Of a stretch of 64,000 nucleotides of DNA, positions 1 through 12,537 are shown one piece after another. Where the stretch lies: positions 9,052,001-9,116,000 of the forward strand of contig JAWMAR010000020.1 of the NCBI GenBank assembly GCA_036785375.1, in the 5' to 3' direction. Position numbers and translations under genes: made by a program. Position 1 is the stretch's first letter. Each line of letters begins with the position of its first letter. This stretch comes from Leucoraja ocellata. Its lineage: Eukaryota. The notes below the pieces were generated by a model. It did no database searches. It worked only from the letters and a program-made list of their open reading frames with translations, and was not told the DNA's origin.

Positions 1-149
1 GTATCTCTAAACTAAACTAAAGGTTCTACACTGATCATCACCCACATCGCTTCCCAATTGCCTCGTCCCCACCATCTTCATTCACGACCCCCTCCTTCAT
101 CTCATTCCCCAACAACCCCTTCTGAATCTCCAACCTACTGCCGTGCATC

Positions 150-355
150 TTTTAAAATTCACGTTCAAGATCTGGGTATCACTAATAGGCCAGCATTTAC
201 TGCCCCTCCTGATCCGCCAGCCCTCTCCTGATCCACCCTTCAGGAGATGCCAGTGAGCTGTGGCCTTGAATGACTACAAGCACTCTGGTGAAGGAGTTCC
301 CACAGAGCCGTTGGGGAGGAAGTACCAACGTCTAGACCCAATGATGCTGATGAAG
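150..355 (-). mobile_element. Old decayed LINE 3' end (L2/CR1 group)
   Basis: Degenerate resemblance (ggccagcatttactgccc...ggtgaaggagttcccacag...gggaggaagtacca) to the reverse complement of a common chondrichthyan LINE 3' end; recalled, not searched. Confidence 0.4.
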
Positions 356-359
356 AACA

Positions 360-760
360 CAGGAAATAGAACATAGTAGAGCCCACATTGTCTGTGCCAG
401 ACATGATAACAGGTTACTCATCTCCTCTAGCTACAAGTGATCCCTATCCCTCCATTCCCTTCACATCCATGTGCCTATCTAAAAGCTTCTTAAACACCTG
501 TATTGTTTCTGTATCCACTACCACCACCGGCAACCATTTCCAGATACCCAGCACTCTCGATGCATAAAACCTGGCCCCCACACATCTCCTTCAAACTTTG
601 CCCCTCTCATGTTAAAGCTACGCCCTCTCATCTTTGACATTTCCACACAGGGTAAAGGTTCTGACTGTCTACCCTATCTGTGCCCGTCATGTTGATTTTA
701 TAGACTTCTATGATGCCTCCCCTCAAACTCCGACATTCCAGAGAAAAGAATCAGATGAGT
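360..760 (-). mobile_element. Decayed CR1 LINE 3' fragment
   Basis: Reverse complement of CR1 3' motifs (ccctatccctccattcc, atccatgtgcctatctaaaag..ttcttaaa, accaccac, ttccagatacccagcactctc). Confidence 0.7.
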
Positions 761-913
761 TTCTGTTCCACGGTGACACCCCCTTCAAACCCCGCCCCCT
801 CCTCCAAATGTTGATTGTGGTGAGTTTAGTGTTGGTAATGTCATGGAATATCAAGGGAAGGGCACTTTCTTCTTGCTGATGCTCAAGGCTTGGCATATTT
901 GTGGCATAACTGT

Positions 914-1166
914 AGTTTAGTTTACTTTAGTTTAGTGCAGAAGTGGCCCTTTGGCCCATTGAGTCCGCGCTGACCAGCGATCATCCCGTACACTCGCGCT
1001 ATCCTACACGCTAAGGCCAATTTACAATTTTAATGAAGCCAATTAACCTACAAACCGGTACGTCTTTGGAGTGTGGGAGAAAATCGGAGCACCCGGAGAA
1101 AATCCACGCAGGTCACGGGGAGAATGTACAAACTCCGTACAGACAGCACCCGTGGTCAGGATCGAA
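914..1166 (-). mobile_element. HE1/V-type tRNA-derived SINE, head truncated
   Basis: (TTTAG)n tail, V-domain (tctttggagtgtggga...ggagaatgtacaaactccgtacagacagcaccc) and B-box remnant, all on the minus strand. Confidence 0.9.
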
Positions 1167-1314
1167 TTCAAACTGCGGGTCTCCAGAAGTCAAAACGTAA
1201 CCTCCCCCCACCCCTGGACAGACTCACATTCAGCATCCACCAGCGACCATTCTGAACCCTAGTGTCCAGTGCATCACCCTGCACTCAGATCTCAAACAAA
1301 GCAGCATCAGGAAG

Positions 1315-1740
1315 AGAGGAATAGATGGGGTCGATGCACAGAGTCTCTTGCACTGAGTCGGGGTAACAAGGACCAGAGGACATAGGTTTAAGGCGGGAGG
1401 GGGGGAGGTTGGGGAGTGAGAGATTCAATAGGTACCTGAGGGGTAACTTTTTCACACAAAGGGTGGTGGGTGCATGGAACGAGCTGCCGGAGGAGGTAGT
1501 TGAGGCAGGGACTATTTCAACTTTTAAGAAACATTTGGACAGGCACATGGATTGGACAGGATTAGACAGAAGGTTGCAACAGAAGGCTGTGGAGGCCAAG
1601 TCAATGGGTAAGGCAGAGATAGATAGATTCTTAATTAGTATGGGTGTCAGGGTGTATGGGGAGAAGGCAGGAGAATGGGGTTGAGAGGGAAAGATAGATC
1701 AGCCATGATTGAATGGCGGAGTAGACTTGACGGACCAAAC
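1315..1740 (+). mobile_element. CR1 LINE 3' fragments (two subfamily pieces joined)
   Basis: ORF 1409-1684 RGNFFTQRVVGAWNELPEEVVEA..FKKHLD is the CR1 ORF2 C-terminus; CR1 3' UTR follows. Confidence 0.9.
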
Positions 1741-2069
1741 TCCCCCCCCTCATAACCTAACCTCTGAGTGAACTAAGACTGCTACATCCTCTTCCTCCCA
1801 CCACTTCACCACATGTAAAGGTAACCACCCTTTGTACCTTCATTACAGCCAGCAATGACTCTCGGACTGTTCATGGACAAAAATGCATGGGACGTCTATC
1901 GCCCTCTTGAGTTGACTGGCAGGACTTCATTTTAGCAGCTCCTCCAACATTTGCCTGGTATATCATTGCACCCAGCCCATATCTGAGGGGCTATTGAAAG
2001 CTAACTGTGAGCATAAACCCCCTGAGTATGCTCTGAAATTTAGATAAATGACAAAATCTATTATCTTCC

Positions 2070-2690
2070 AAAACAACTTCCTTAGAAGGCTTAGGAAATT
2101 TGGCATATCCCCAACAACTCTCACCAACTTCTGCAGATGCACCATAGAAAGCATTTTATCGGGATGCACCACGGTATGGTTTGGGAACAGCTCCGTCCAA
2201 GACCGCAAGAAATTGCGGAGAATTTTGGACGCAGCCCAGACCATCACACAAACTAATTTCTCTTCCATTTACACCTCATGCTGCCTCGGCAAGACCACCA
2301 GCATAATCAAGGACGATTTGCACCCTGGACACACACCCTCTTCTCCCCTCTCCCATCGGGCAAAAGGCTTTGAAGTGTGAAAACGCACAGCTCCAGATTC
2401 AGGGACAGTTTCTTCCCAGCTGTTATCAGGCAACTGAACCATCCTATCACCAACCAGAAAGCACTCCTGAGCTACTATCTACCTTATTGGAGACCCTCAG
2501 ACTATCTTAGATCGGTCTTTACTGGACGTTATTTTGCTCTAAACCTTATTCACATTATTCCCTTTTTCATGTATCTGTACACTGTGGATGGCTCGAATGT
2601 AATCATGCATTGTCTTTTCGCTGACTGGTTAGCACGCAACATAAGCTTTTCACTGTACCTCGGTACACTTGACAATAAACTAAACTAGAC
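2070..2690 (+). mobile_element. Rex1/Babar LINE 3' fragment
   Basis: FLRRLRKFGISPTTLTNFCRCTIESILSGC..W and RFRDSFFPAVIRQLN motifs; 3' UTR ends in GACAATAAACTAAAC. Confidence 0.88.
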
Positions 2691-2904
2691 AATTCAGTTA
2701 ACTCAGTACTGGAACCATCTCGACGGCCTTTCCAAGTGCATAACAGAAACTAAAGCTAGTGTCCGTAATGCAGCTAATGTGTGAACACAAGTGTGCCTTT
2801 CAGAGTAAGGAGGCTCATGGACAATAGGTGTGAAACAATAGGTTGAGGCAACATGTTCTCTTTTGTAATCATTCTCTTGTTTCAGTCACTGTTCCCCAAA
2901 TCTT

Positions 2905-3118
2905 ATTGAGATTGAGTAGACTTGATGGGCCGAATGGCCAAATTCTGCTCCTATCACATATGATCTTATAGGTTATGGGAAGAGGGCAGGAGAATGGGGT
3001 TAGGAGGGAGAGATAGATTTAGGACATGAGAAGAAGAAGATCAGCCATGATTGAATGGCAGAGTAGACTTGATGGGCCGAGCGGCCTAATTCTGCTCCTA
3101 TCACTTATGATCTTATGA
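2905..3118 (+). mobile_element. Two tandem CR1 3' tails
   Basis: gagtagacttgatgggccga..ggcc.aattctgctcctatcac.tatgatcttat occurs twice. Confidence 0.8.
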
Positions 3119-3369
3119 GATCAGTCATCATTTCCTAGGACTTCAGAACTGCAGTGGTGGACGGGCCACTGGTAGGTCCTATAAGGCATGGAGAAGATTC
3201 ACCCACTTCATGAGCCACCCACTCCAAGGACCGGCTTGTATGTTTAAGCATCATCTCAGTTAACAGCAGCTGACAGAACAATGTTTGGATTACTCATAAA
3301 TAGCCTATCCTTTTTTTATCTTAGTTGCTCAGTTAGCATTTCAGTCGGGTTAAATCATTACCTTCTTGT

Positions 3370-3990
3370 TTGAGAAAGGTCATCAATGCTTCTACTTCCT
3401 TCGAAGCTTAAGGAGGTTCAATATGTCGACGGATATTCATAAGTTCATAAGTGATAGGAGCAGAAGTAGGCCATTCAATCACCATCCACCATTCAATCAT
3501 TGGCTGATCTATCTTTCCCTCTTAACCCCATTCTCCTGCCTTTTCCCCATAACCCCTGAGACCCTTGAAATTCTACAGTTGTACAGAGGGGAGCACAATA
3601 AGTGTTTGTATTATGGTCTGGTTCAGCAACTCGAAAGCCCAAAAAAATAGACACTGCTTGATCCACCACAAGTACTGACCTCTTCACCATGGAAGGGATC
3701 TATAGGAGACGCTGCCTCAAAGCATCATCCATTATCAAACACTCACACCACCCTGGCCACAATATCATTTCACCCCCACTATTGGGAAGAAGGTATAGGA
3801 TTCCGAAAACCATGACACTGCATAACACTAACCTATGGATAGACTTTTGTTATGCTGAGGACATCGTGTTTTTAAAACAGTATGTATTGGGGTTAATAAT
3901 CAAATGAGTTTTGTATTTGTTATATATTGTCTATATGTATTGTGTTTATAGGCCGGCTATGCAGCTGCAAGTAAGAATTTCATTGTACCT
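3370..3990 (+). mobile_element. Decayed Rex1/Babar 3' fragment interrupted by a minus-strand CR1 tail (about 3437-3560)
   Basis: YFLRSLRRFNMS, RCLKASSIIKHSHHPGH and GRRYR motifs, plus Rex-type 3' UTR. Confidence 0.75.
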
Positions 3991-3992
3991 TT

Positions 3993-4256
3993 GATAGACA
4001 CAAAATGCTGGAGTAACTCAGCGGGTCAGGCAGCATCTCTGGAGAAAACTAATGGGTGACGTTTTGGGTTGGAACCCTCTTCGGACTCAGATCTGAAGAA
4101 CGGTTCCGACCCGAAACATCACCTATTCCATTTCTCCAGAGATGCTGCCTGACCTGACCCGCTGAGTTACTCCAGCATTTTGGGTCTATCTGCGGTATAA
4201 ACCAGTTCCTATCTATCTGCGGTATAAACCAGCATCTGCAGTTCCTTCCTACACAT
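3993..4256. mobile_element. Penelope-derived short unit, inverted (fold-back) pair with decayed hammerhead motifs
   Basis: Arms are reverse complements around tcagatctga (about 4087-4096); plus arm reads ctgaagaacggttccgacccgaaacatc. Confidence 0.8.
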
Positions 4257-4276
4257 TTCATAGTTCTATAGTCCTG

Positions 4277-4628
4277 CTAGATGCAGGAAGATTGTTCCCG
4301 ATGTTAGGGAAGTCCAGGACAAGGGGTCACAGCTTAAGGATAAAGGGGAAATCCTTTAAAACCGAGATGAGAAGAACTTTTTTCACACAGAGAGTGGTGA
4401 ATCTCTGGAATTCTCTGCCACAGAGGGTAGTTGAGGCCAGTTCATTGGCTATATTTAAGAGGGAGTTAGATGTGGCCCTTGTGGATAAAGGGATCAGAGG
4501 GTATGGAGAGAAGGCAGGTACGGGATACTGAGTTGGATGATCAGCCATGATCATATTGAATGGCGGTGCAGGCTCGAAGGGCCGAATGGCCTACTCCTGC
4601 ACCTAATTTCTATGTTTCTATGTTTCTA
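4277..4628 (+). mobile_element. Young 5'-truncated CR1 LINE
   Basis: ORF 4292-4531 SRTRGHSLRIKG..FFTQRVVNLWNSLP; (TTTCTATG)n tail; nearly identical to the reverse complement of 54678-55025. Confidence 0.95.
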
Positions 4629-5009
4629 TTGTTCCACTGTCGGTGCGGTGCATTGGACAATTAAGCTCTCGACGCTTGAGTTAAGGGGAGCCCTCTGGAA
4701 TCGTCCCGTTTCCGTGAAAAAAATGAGGCAACAAAAGGCTGGGAGATTCCAGAGACTAACCCCGGGGCCTCATCCTGAGCCCCTCTCCCAGTTCACGGTG
4801 AATTGTAATTCAGAAGTAAACAAGCATCTCTTCTGCTTCATCCCTCCCAGCTGCCCAGCTGCTCACCTGTCCCATGTGCCACTAATTGTCAAGCTTGGCT
4901 CCTCTGGGGATGTGGTTGGTGATGGGGAGTAAACTTTGCAATTACAAGGCCCCCGTTCGAAGGCTGGCTTCTCCAAACCGGCTGCTAGAAGTTTGACTTT
5001 TTTTTTCTC

Positions 5010-5220
5010 AGTTCATTTTAGTTTATTGTCGCATGAACGGTGAAAAGCAATTGTTGCGTGCTATCCAGTCAGCGGAAAGACAATGCGTGATTACAATCGA
5101 GCCATTTACAGTGCATAGGTACATGAGAAGGGAACAACGTTTAGTGTAAGGTCAACCCAGCAAAGTCCGATCAAGGATAGTCCAAGGGTCACCAAAGCGG
5201 TAGATAGTATGGTTAACAGT
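5010..5220 (-). mobile_element. Rex1/Babar 3' UTR fragment
   Basis: Reverse complement of the tail at 2490-2690. Confidence 0.8.
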
Positions 5221-5399
5221 AGTAATGTTACTCCATTTACTACATTAATACAGGGGTAATGGATAGAATGGTAGACACAATGTTTGGAAGAACCACTTTT
5301 ATTTCCAGGCACGTTAGCCACCTCCACAAAAAGGTGGCTTCCTATACCAGCATATTCCAAAGAGGCCTGTTCCCCCGTTACACTTTCTTAAGGTTTATG

Positions 5400-5830
5400 T
5401 GTGGCACGGTTGTGCAGGTGGTAAAGGCGCAGCCTCACAGCGTCAGGGACCCGGGTTTGATTCTGACCTCTACTTTCCTCCCACATATGGATTTGTAGGT
5501 TAATCGGTCACTGTAAATAGCCCATAGTGTAAAGGGAGTGGAGCAAAAAGTGGGGTAACAGAACTAGTGTGAAAGTGTGATCAATAGCTGGTTTCCCCCC
5601 CACCTCCAAAGACGTGCGGGTTTGTAGGCTAAAGGGACACAAAGTGCGGGAGTAATTCAGCAGGTCAGGCCGCTTGGATAGGCGACGTTTTGGTTCCGAC
5701 CCTTCTTCAGACCTTTGTGTGCTTTTGTGTAAACCAGCATCTGCAGTTCCTTGCTTCTACAGGTTTGCAGGTTTTGGTCACTCGAAATATCCTCCTGTGC
5801 AGGGAATGAATTCAAAAGTGGGATAACATT
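5400..5830 (+). mobile_element. Degenerate V-SINE pieces containing a Penelope short unit (about 5632-5760)
   Basis: tRNA-like head, V-domain fragments, and gacgttttggttccgacccttcttcagac. Confidence 0.65.
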
Positions 5831-5849
5831 AATTTGCAAGTTGAAGGAA

Positions 5850-6345
5850 GGAAAATGCATTGTCAGCATTTATTTCAAGACGACTAGAATATAAAAACAG
5901 AGATGTAATGCTGAGACTTTATAAGGCTCCGGTCAGACTGAATTTGGAGTATTGTGTGCAGTTTCTGACCCTATATCTGTAGAGCGATGTGCTGGCCTTG
6001 GAGAAGGTCCAGAGGAGGTCTACGAGAATGATCCTGGGGATGATTGGGTCAATGTATGAGGAGCGTTTTAAAGCTCTCGGCCTGTACTCACTGGAGTTTA
6101 GAAGGAGAAAGGGGAACCTCATTGAAAACGTACCGAATAATGAAAGGCCTGGATGGAGTGGATGTGGAGAGATTGTTTCCTCTAATGGGTGAGTCTAGGA
6201 CCAGGGGCCACACCCTCAGAATAAATGGATGCACCTTGAGAAGGCAGGAGAATGGATTTGAAAGATAGATCGACCATGATTGAATTACGGAGTAGCCTCG
6301 ATGGACCAAATAGCCTATTTCTGCTCTTATGACTTGTGAATGTTT
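5850..6345 (+). mobile_element. CR1 LINE 3' fragment with internal deletion
   Basis: LALEKVQRR.TRMI.G..YEERFKALGLYSLEFRR..GNLIE and SRTRGH motifs; CR1 tail. Confidence 0.9.
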
Positions 6346-6555
6346 GAACATAGGACTAGCGTGAATAATTGATCAATGGTCGGTCGGCATGGACTTTGTG
6401 GGCCGAAGGCACTGTTTCCATGCTGTATCTTTCAATTAATTCAAACAAAGAAAGGTTGGAATCCGTAAAGCTATTTGCATTGAAGTATCTGGAGTTAGAC
6501 ATAAGCCCGCAGCTTCTGGCTCACAGGCAAGAGTGCAGCCACGTGATCTCGTTTG

Positions 6556-6878
6556 GGGCGGCTCGGTGGCGCAGCGGTAGAGTTGCTGCTTTACAGCGCC
6601 AGAGACCCGGGTTCAATCCTGACTACGGGTGCTTGTCTATACGATGCTTGTACGTTCTCCCCGTGAAGACCTGTGCGGGCTTTCTGCGAGATCTTCGTTT
6701 TCCACGCACACTCCAAACACGTGCAGGTTTGTAGTTAATCAGCTTAGTATAAATGTAAATTGGCCCTCGTGCGCATATGATAGTGTTAATGTGCGGGGAT
6801 CGCTGGTCAGCGCGGACTCGGTGGGCCGAAGGGCCTGTTTCCATGCTGTATCTCTAAAGTCAACTAAACTAAACTAAA
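6556..6878 (+). mobile_element. Full-length HE1/V-SINE
   Basis: A-box (tggcgcagcgg), B-box (gggttcaatcc), V-domain, CR1-like tail, (CTAAA)n end. Confidence 0.95.
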
Positions 6879-7659
6879 CCAACACCTACACTATTCATGT
6901 TAGAAATAAATAACCTGTGTAGTGCACAAGTTGAGAACACCATCAGTCATCTCCCCTGGCACACTGGCCTGCGTCAATGCAGCACTGTGCAGACGGTGTA
7001 AGTCTAGGTAATGCAATGTGTCCAGTTTATAGATTCAGTTGCGGATCCTGGCAACTGAAGAACTAGATGTGAATCATTAGCTTTCATCCACAAATTGCAA
7101 AGGCAGCTAGAAATCTGCACAAAAAAAAGGCAAGACACAGTACCAAGAGAGACGAGAACTATTTTGAGAAAGATTACGGCACCCACCATTGCTATCCCAT
7201 CTGACACACCAACAGCTTACATACGCAAGGAAGGTAGTGGAAGAATTTGCAAGGAGATGTCCGATGTTAAGTGGCTAGTGGGCTGCCATGATCATTCACT
7301 CATTCATCATCTGCAGTACTCAATGTGTCAGGCTTGGCTTTGAACTTTCAATTATTTACAAGGTGCTCCTGTCTTCTGCTTGCGAAAGGCCAATTAATCA
7401 TGAGCAAGTCTGGCCCTGGAATTCTGCACAACTTCTGTGTAAGCACCAGTAAACAAGGGGCCAGGATGATAACCAGCCACTGAGTCGCACTAACATTCTT
7501 GCACCACAATCAATAAAAGAGGAGATGAGAAGATTTTTAATACGGCAGCTTGTTAGGGGCCTAAATGCACAACCTGAACGGGTGGTGGACACAGATTCAG
7601 ATGTAACATTGAGGAAAGGATTGGGCATTTACTTGGAAAGCAGCAGAGACGTTCATTTA

Positions 7660-7800
7660 AAAGCAAGGAACATCAGATGCTGTTTTATACCAAAGATTAG
7701 ACACAAAGTGCTGGGGGAACTCAACGGGTCAGGCAGGCAGCATCTCTGGTGATAAAGGCTGGGTGACGTTTCTGGTCGGGACCCTTCTTCAGACTCAGAA
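7660..7800 (-). mobile_element. Penelope-derived short unit
   Basis: ggtgacgtttctggtcgggacccttcttcagact is the reverse complement of the hammerhead-bearing motif. Confidence 0.75.
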
Positions 7801-7829
7801 GTATCTGAAGCAGAGACTACTTTCATTTT

Positions 7830-7975
7830 TAAATTCATTTAGCATCTTTAATGGCACTAAACATCCCTTGGTGCTTCAGATGAGCATTATCAATAATGTT
7901 TCAGGAATGTCTTAAAAGATGGGTCGAGAACAAGAGATTTAGGAAGGGAATTCCAGAGCTTGGCATCTTTTGATC
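7830..7975 (-). mobile_element. Old L2-like LINE 3' end
   Basis: Degenerate tail (gcatctttaat..aaacatccc..gcttca; aggaagggaattccagagctt); recalled similarity only. Confidence 0.45.
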
Positions 7976-8169
7976 ACCCCTAAATATCATTGTTGGACAA
8001 TTGGCAGCCATGTGTTGGCCCTGACTGTTAGTGCTTATGGACAGTAGGAGACCATTATGCAGCACTGTCGAGCTGAAAGTTTAATGACGTCTCCAGGTCT
8101 GTCACGATAACTTCCTGCGCTTGTAGGAACAGGCACACAACAATATGCCACTTCAATCACTGGATTGAG

Positions 8170-8420
8170 TTCATACGTTCATTAGCGATAGGAGCAGAAT
8201 TAGGCCATTCGGCCCATCAAGTCTACTTCGCCTTTCAATCATGGCTGATCTATTTTTTTTCCTTTTCCCCAGCGCCATCAAAAGCACATCATGTGTTCAC
8301 CCCCTCATTCCTGGGATAATTCTCGTAATCCTCCTCGGGACCCACTCCAGCGCCAGCACACCCTTCCTCAGATATGGAGCCCAAAATTGCCCACAATACT
8401 CCAAATGCGGCCTGACCAGT
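8170..8420 (-). mobile_element. CR1 fragments
   Basis: Reverse-complement CR1 tail and RPHLEYCGQFWAP coding segment. Confidence 0.8.
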
Positions 8421-9129
8421 AACGACCTGTTTCCATGCTTATCTTTCAATCAGTCAATTAACACCCATTGCATGAGATGTGAGCTGGTCCAATGATAACC
8501 GTACTCAGTTGTGTGCAAACAAAATCACATTTGCTGCCTTTTGGCTGAGCACACAGAGCGAACTCGTGGGCACATCCATAACCTTTTATTCTTTAAATAG
8601 TTATTTACACCCTTGCTCCTTCCTTGCCTATGTTCCAGTCATCCACTAACAGGATAACAGCGCGGTATAAATTGCCACTTCGTTTTTTTAAAATAACCTT
8701 AAAGCTAATAATAGAATGAATGTCATCAAGTTATTTGGAAATTATTCTCTAATAAACTTTGCTGAGGCATATCAAAACGTCTGCCAGTATATTATGTTCA
8801 CCGTAGTCATAGCTGATATTGATGGTGGGATTACAGTCGCTATATAATAATCCTGTATATGTTTGTAGTTCATCAGCGGCTTATGGTGAGCTGCCTGTAC
8901 TTGCCACACCAATGGCTGGAAAGATTTATTTTTATGATGATTGACTTTCGGGAAAGGGCAGTGAAGAGTGAGTCTTGGCCCACTCCAGATTCCGTGATGT
9001 ACTTTGTGGTTCTATTGTAACTGAATATCATGAGTGGTGGTGGCTGGAACTATCTGTGGTTCAATGGCACAGTTAGCTGCAGCTTTCTCAGCCCTGTCTG
9101 CAGCTTGAGGATGGAATTAGACATATCAT

Positions 9130-9720
9130 GTGAGGCAAACTAGCCCATCCCCACAGAGGTGGATAAGGAATGCTTTAAATCCTGCATCAAACAGCTCTGT
9201 AACAGAGGACTCTCTGATTTATGGGCTGTTCCCAGGGACGCATTCAGACAAGGACGTTGAGTGCTGCTGGAGGGTCATCAACTCGGTGAAAGACTTTCTT
9301 TGGTCTGCCTGAACTTTGTTGACCTATTGACCGTGCGAGATGTCCGTCAGGGAATGTTGCCGACTGGCCCTCTCCAGACTGCAGGGGTACGTGCTGAGGG
9401 ACGCACTGAAGCTCGCTGCAGCCAACGTCAAGGCTCTGTGGGGGAGGACCACAGTCTTGGGACCTTCCACTGCTGGGCATTGGGGCGAAGTCTGGTGGAG
9501 ACGATCCTCAAACAAGGGAAGGGATATCATCCCAGGGGGCTATACGTGTGGCAAGGGTGCTAGGTACAATTATGGTCCTTGACAACACTACAAAATGTAA
9601 CGCTAACGAATGTGCGTCTAGCCACGGAGAGTGTCAGAGGAATTCAGCACAGTCCTTGTTCTGCACATATTTTTTAGGCTGAATCAAGTATTTTTTTTGT
9701 TTTTTTTTCAATCACCTGCC
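9130..9720 (+). mobile_element. Tx1-clade (L1-like) LINE 3' fragment
   Basis: SVTEDSLIYGLFPGTHS..CCWRVINSVKDFLWSA and ECCRLALSRLQGYVLRDALKL..ALWGRTTV resemble the Tx1 ORF2 C-terminus; homologous to minus-strand 38240-38450. Confidence 0.75.
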
Positions 9721-9789
9721 AAAACTAACAGAACGAAGTCGCTTCACATTACACACATTACTTTCATATTCCACACATATTTACATTAC

Positions 9790-10075
9790 ACTCCTCTCCT
9801 TATCTTAGACCCTTTTATCTCCTTTTTATTTCTTGCCATCATTCATCCATCTCCAATCAAACCATCCATGCAACTGTATCCACCTATCACTTGCCAGTCT
9901 TAGCCCTGCCTCAAGGTCTTTTCCAGCTTTCTCCCTCCTACTACAATCAGTCTGAAGAAGCATCCCGACCTGAAATGTCTCCTATCCATGTCATCGGGGT
10001 ATGCTGCCCAACCACTTAGTGACTCCCTCACTTTGTATTTTTTGTAAACCAGCAGCTGCAGTTCCTTGTGTCCTG
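9790..10075 (+). mobile_element. Penelope-like 3' UTR and short unit (second subfamily, decayed)
   Basis: atcagtctgaagaagcatcccgacctgaaatgtc followed by aaaccagcagctgcagttccttg. Confidence 0.7.
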
Positions 10076-10295
10076 TATGAAGTAGCAACCCATTGTACTG
10101 AAATGACAAAAGGCAGATCAAGTCTTCATGTAACAAACAGAACAGAAACAAAGAAAGTTTAAAAGTTATTAACTGACTCCGTCAATTCTTCATATAGTTT
10201 ATGTGGAGGTTGAGAAAATAAAGATTCCCAAATGGTCATTGATGCTAAACAAGAGTAGTCTTATTGACTTTCATCCAATATCTCTTGTCTTAAAG

Positions 10296-10441
10296 GGGTG
10301 GCACAGTGGCGCAGAGGTAGTCGCTGCCTTACAGCACCAGAGACCCGGGTTTAATCCTGACAATGGGTGCTGCCTGTACGGTGTTTGTACGTTCTCCCTG
10401 TGGCCACGTGGGTTTCTCTGGGTGCTCTGGTTTCCTCCCAC

Positions 10442-10442
<1 letters not shown>
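10296..10442 (+). mobile_element. V-SINE 5' half (resumes at about 12507-12537 after a Rex1 insertion)
   Basis: Head and V-domain end at cctcccaca; tccaaagac..ggtttgtaggttaatt resumes at about 12507. Confidence 0.85.

Positions 10443-10485
<43 letters not shown>
10443..10485. repeat. (TAA)n microsatellite forming the Rex1 3' tail
   Basis: About 14 TAA units directly abutting the Rex1 3' UTR. Confidence 0.95.
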
Positions 10486-10486
<1 letters not shown>

Positions 10487-12506
10487 TATTTTATTGTCAT
10501 TGCACGTCAGTGCAACGAGATTTAGTATGCAGCTCCAACCGATGAGAAAGAAAAGTAAAATAAATAAATAAGCTGTGCGACGTGACCATCCGAGGGAGAC
10601 AGTCCAGGGGGGGTGGGGGGCACTCAGCAGGGCCGGTTCAGAGCCGCTATAGCTCTTGGAATGAAGCTGTTTCTGAGTCTGGACGTACGGGCGTAGAAGG
10701 CCTTGTAACGTCTGCCAGAGGGAAGTAGTTCAAACAGTCCGTTACAGGGGTGTGATGAGTCTTTATGGATGCTGACGGCCTTCCTGAGGCACCGTGTGTG
10801 GTAGATGCCCTCCAAGGCTGGTAGCTCTGTCCCAATGATCTTCTGAGCTCTGTGGACGACGCGCTGAAGAGCTCTCCTCTCCGCCTCCGTGCAGCTGAGA
10901 TACCACACAGATGCCATACGTTAATATGCTCTCTGTGGTGCAGCGGTAGAACGTTGTCAGCAACTGTTGGGGCAGACCAGTCTTTTTTAATGTCCTCAGG
11001 AAGAACAGTCGTTGCTGTGCCTTCTTTACCAGCGCAGCAGTGTTGGTGGACCATGTGAGGTCCTCTGAAATGTGAGTGCCCAGAAACTTAAAGCTGGACA
11101 CTCTCTCCACAGTTTCCCCGTAAATGGAGATTGAGGCGTATTCTCCATTACGTGACCTCCTGAAGTCAATAATCAGCTCCTTGGTCTTGGAGATGTTTAG
11201 TGACAAGTTGTTACGTGTACACCAGTCCGCCAGGTTCTGCACCTCCGCTCTGTATTTTGTTTCATCACCGTTGGTGATCAGCCCAATCATTATTGTGTCG
11301 TCTGCAAACTTCACGATGGTGTTGGTGTCGAATGCAGGAACAGAGTCGTGAGTAAAGAGGGAGTAGAGCATGGGGCTTAGTACACAGCCCTGTGGTGTGC
11401 TGGTGCTCAGGGTGATAGTGGAGGACAGGTGAGGGCCCAGTCTCACTGCCTGCGGTCGCTCCGTCAGAAAGTTCAGGATCCAATCGCATATATCGGCGAG
11501 CTGAGGCCTAGCTGGTGGAGTTTGGTGGTGAGCTTGGTGGGGATGACCATATTGAATGCAGAGCTATAGTCAATGAAGAGCATCCTCACGTACGTGCCCT
11601 GTCTGTCCAGGTGAGTCAGGACAGTGTGAAGAGCCAGAGAGATGGCATATTCTGTTGATCTATTTGCCCTGTATGCAAATTGATGAGAGTCCAGTGAGGC
11701 AGGGATGCTGGATTTGATGTGGGAGAGGACCAGCCTTTCGAAGCACTTCATTGGGATTGGAGTTAGGGCAACCGGGCGGTAGTCGTTCAGGTTGGTGACG
11801 TTAGACTTTTTCGGCACCGGCACTATGGTGGCTGTTTTCAGGCACTTGGGGACCGTTGCCAGAGATAAAGACAGATTGAAGATTCTCGTGAATACCTCCG
11901 CCAACTGTACAGCACAGTCCTTTAGTACCCTTCCCTGGACTCCATCCGGGCCTGCAGCCTTGCGTGGATTGATCCTACTCAGAGCACACTGTACCTCCTG
12001 AGTGCTCAGTGTTAAGGCCTGTCCCTCCGCCATGGCCGGGGTTATTCCACTCCTGGTGGTGTTGCCAGTTTCGAAGCGGGCAAAGAAGGTGTTTAGTTCG
12101 TTGGCCAGTGTGATATCACCGTGGGGGCAGGCGGGGCTGCTCTTGTAGTCAGTGATGTCCCTGACGCCCTGCCACATGCTTCTGGTGTCCGCGGTATTGA
12201 AGTGGTCTTCCACCCTTTGCCTGTGGATGTCTTTGGCCTTTTTTATGCCTTTATTCAGGTTCGACCTGGCCGCACTGTAGGCAGACGTGTCCCATTATTT
12301 AAAGGCATTGTTGCGTGCCCTTAGCAGATCCTGAACCTCCTTGTTCATCCAGGGTTTCCGGTTTGGGAACATCTTTATTTGCTTGTCCACTGTGACAGTC
12401 TCCACACAGCAGTTGATGTAGGAGAGCACATTGGATGTGTACTCTTCCAAGTCTACCTCTGTACCACTGGTAGCCTGTTGTGCAAACAGGTCCCAGTCGG
12501 TGCAAT
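10443..12506 (-). mobile_element. Rex1/Babar non-LTR retrotransposon, 5'-truncated, RT domain disrupted
   Basis: ORFs 11473-12213 ([30 protein letters not shown]), 10763-11446 ([18 protein letters not shown]) and 10624-10917 (GRRY..RLRNSF); frameshifts between them; (ATT)n tail at 10443-10485. Confidence 0.95.
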
Positions 12507-12537
12507 TCCAAAGACCAGCAGGTTTGTAGGTTAATTC

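Noticed and set aside
1071-1262. Recurrent ORFs such as TGRTYKLRTDSTR, ECGRKP and RVLSVRSLYVLPV
   Set aside because: Chance translations of the non-coding V-SINE in different frames and strands
3993-4256. Interpretation of the inverted pairs as DNA-transposon MITEs
   Set aside because: Arms end asymmetrically, TSDs are long and variable (12-15 bp), and the unit is contiguous with a Penelope ORF end at 35220-35655
6556-6630. tRNA gene-like sequence with A and B boxes
   Set aside because: It is the head of the V-SINE: no proper acceptor stem or terminator, and it is repeated in many decayed copies
7099-7233. Possible exon within ORF 7095-7343 ending GAAG|gtagtg
   Set aside because: No pyrimidine tract at the acceptor, weak donor, no recognisable protein
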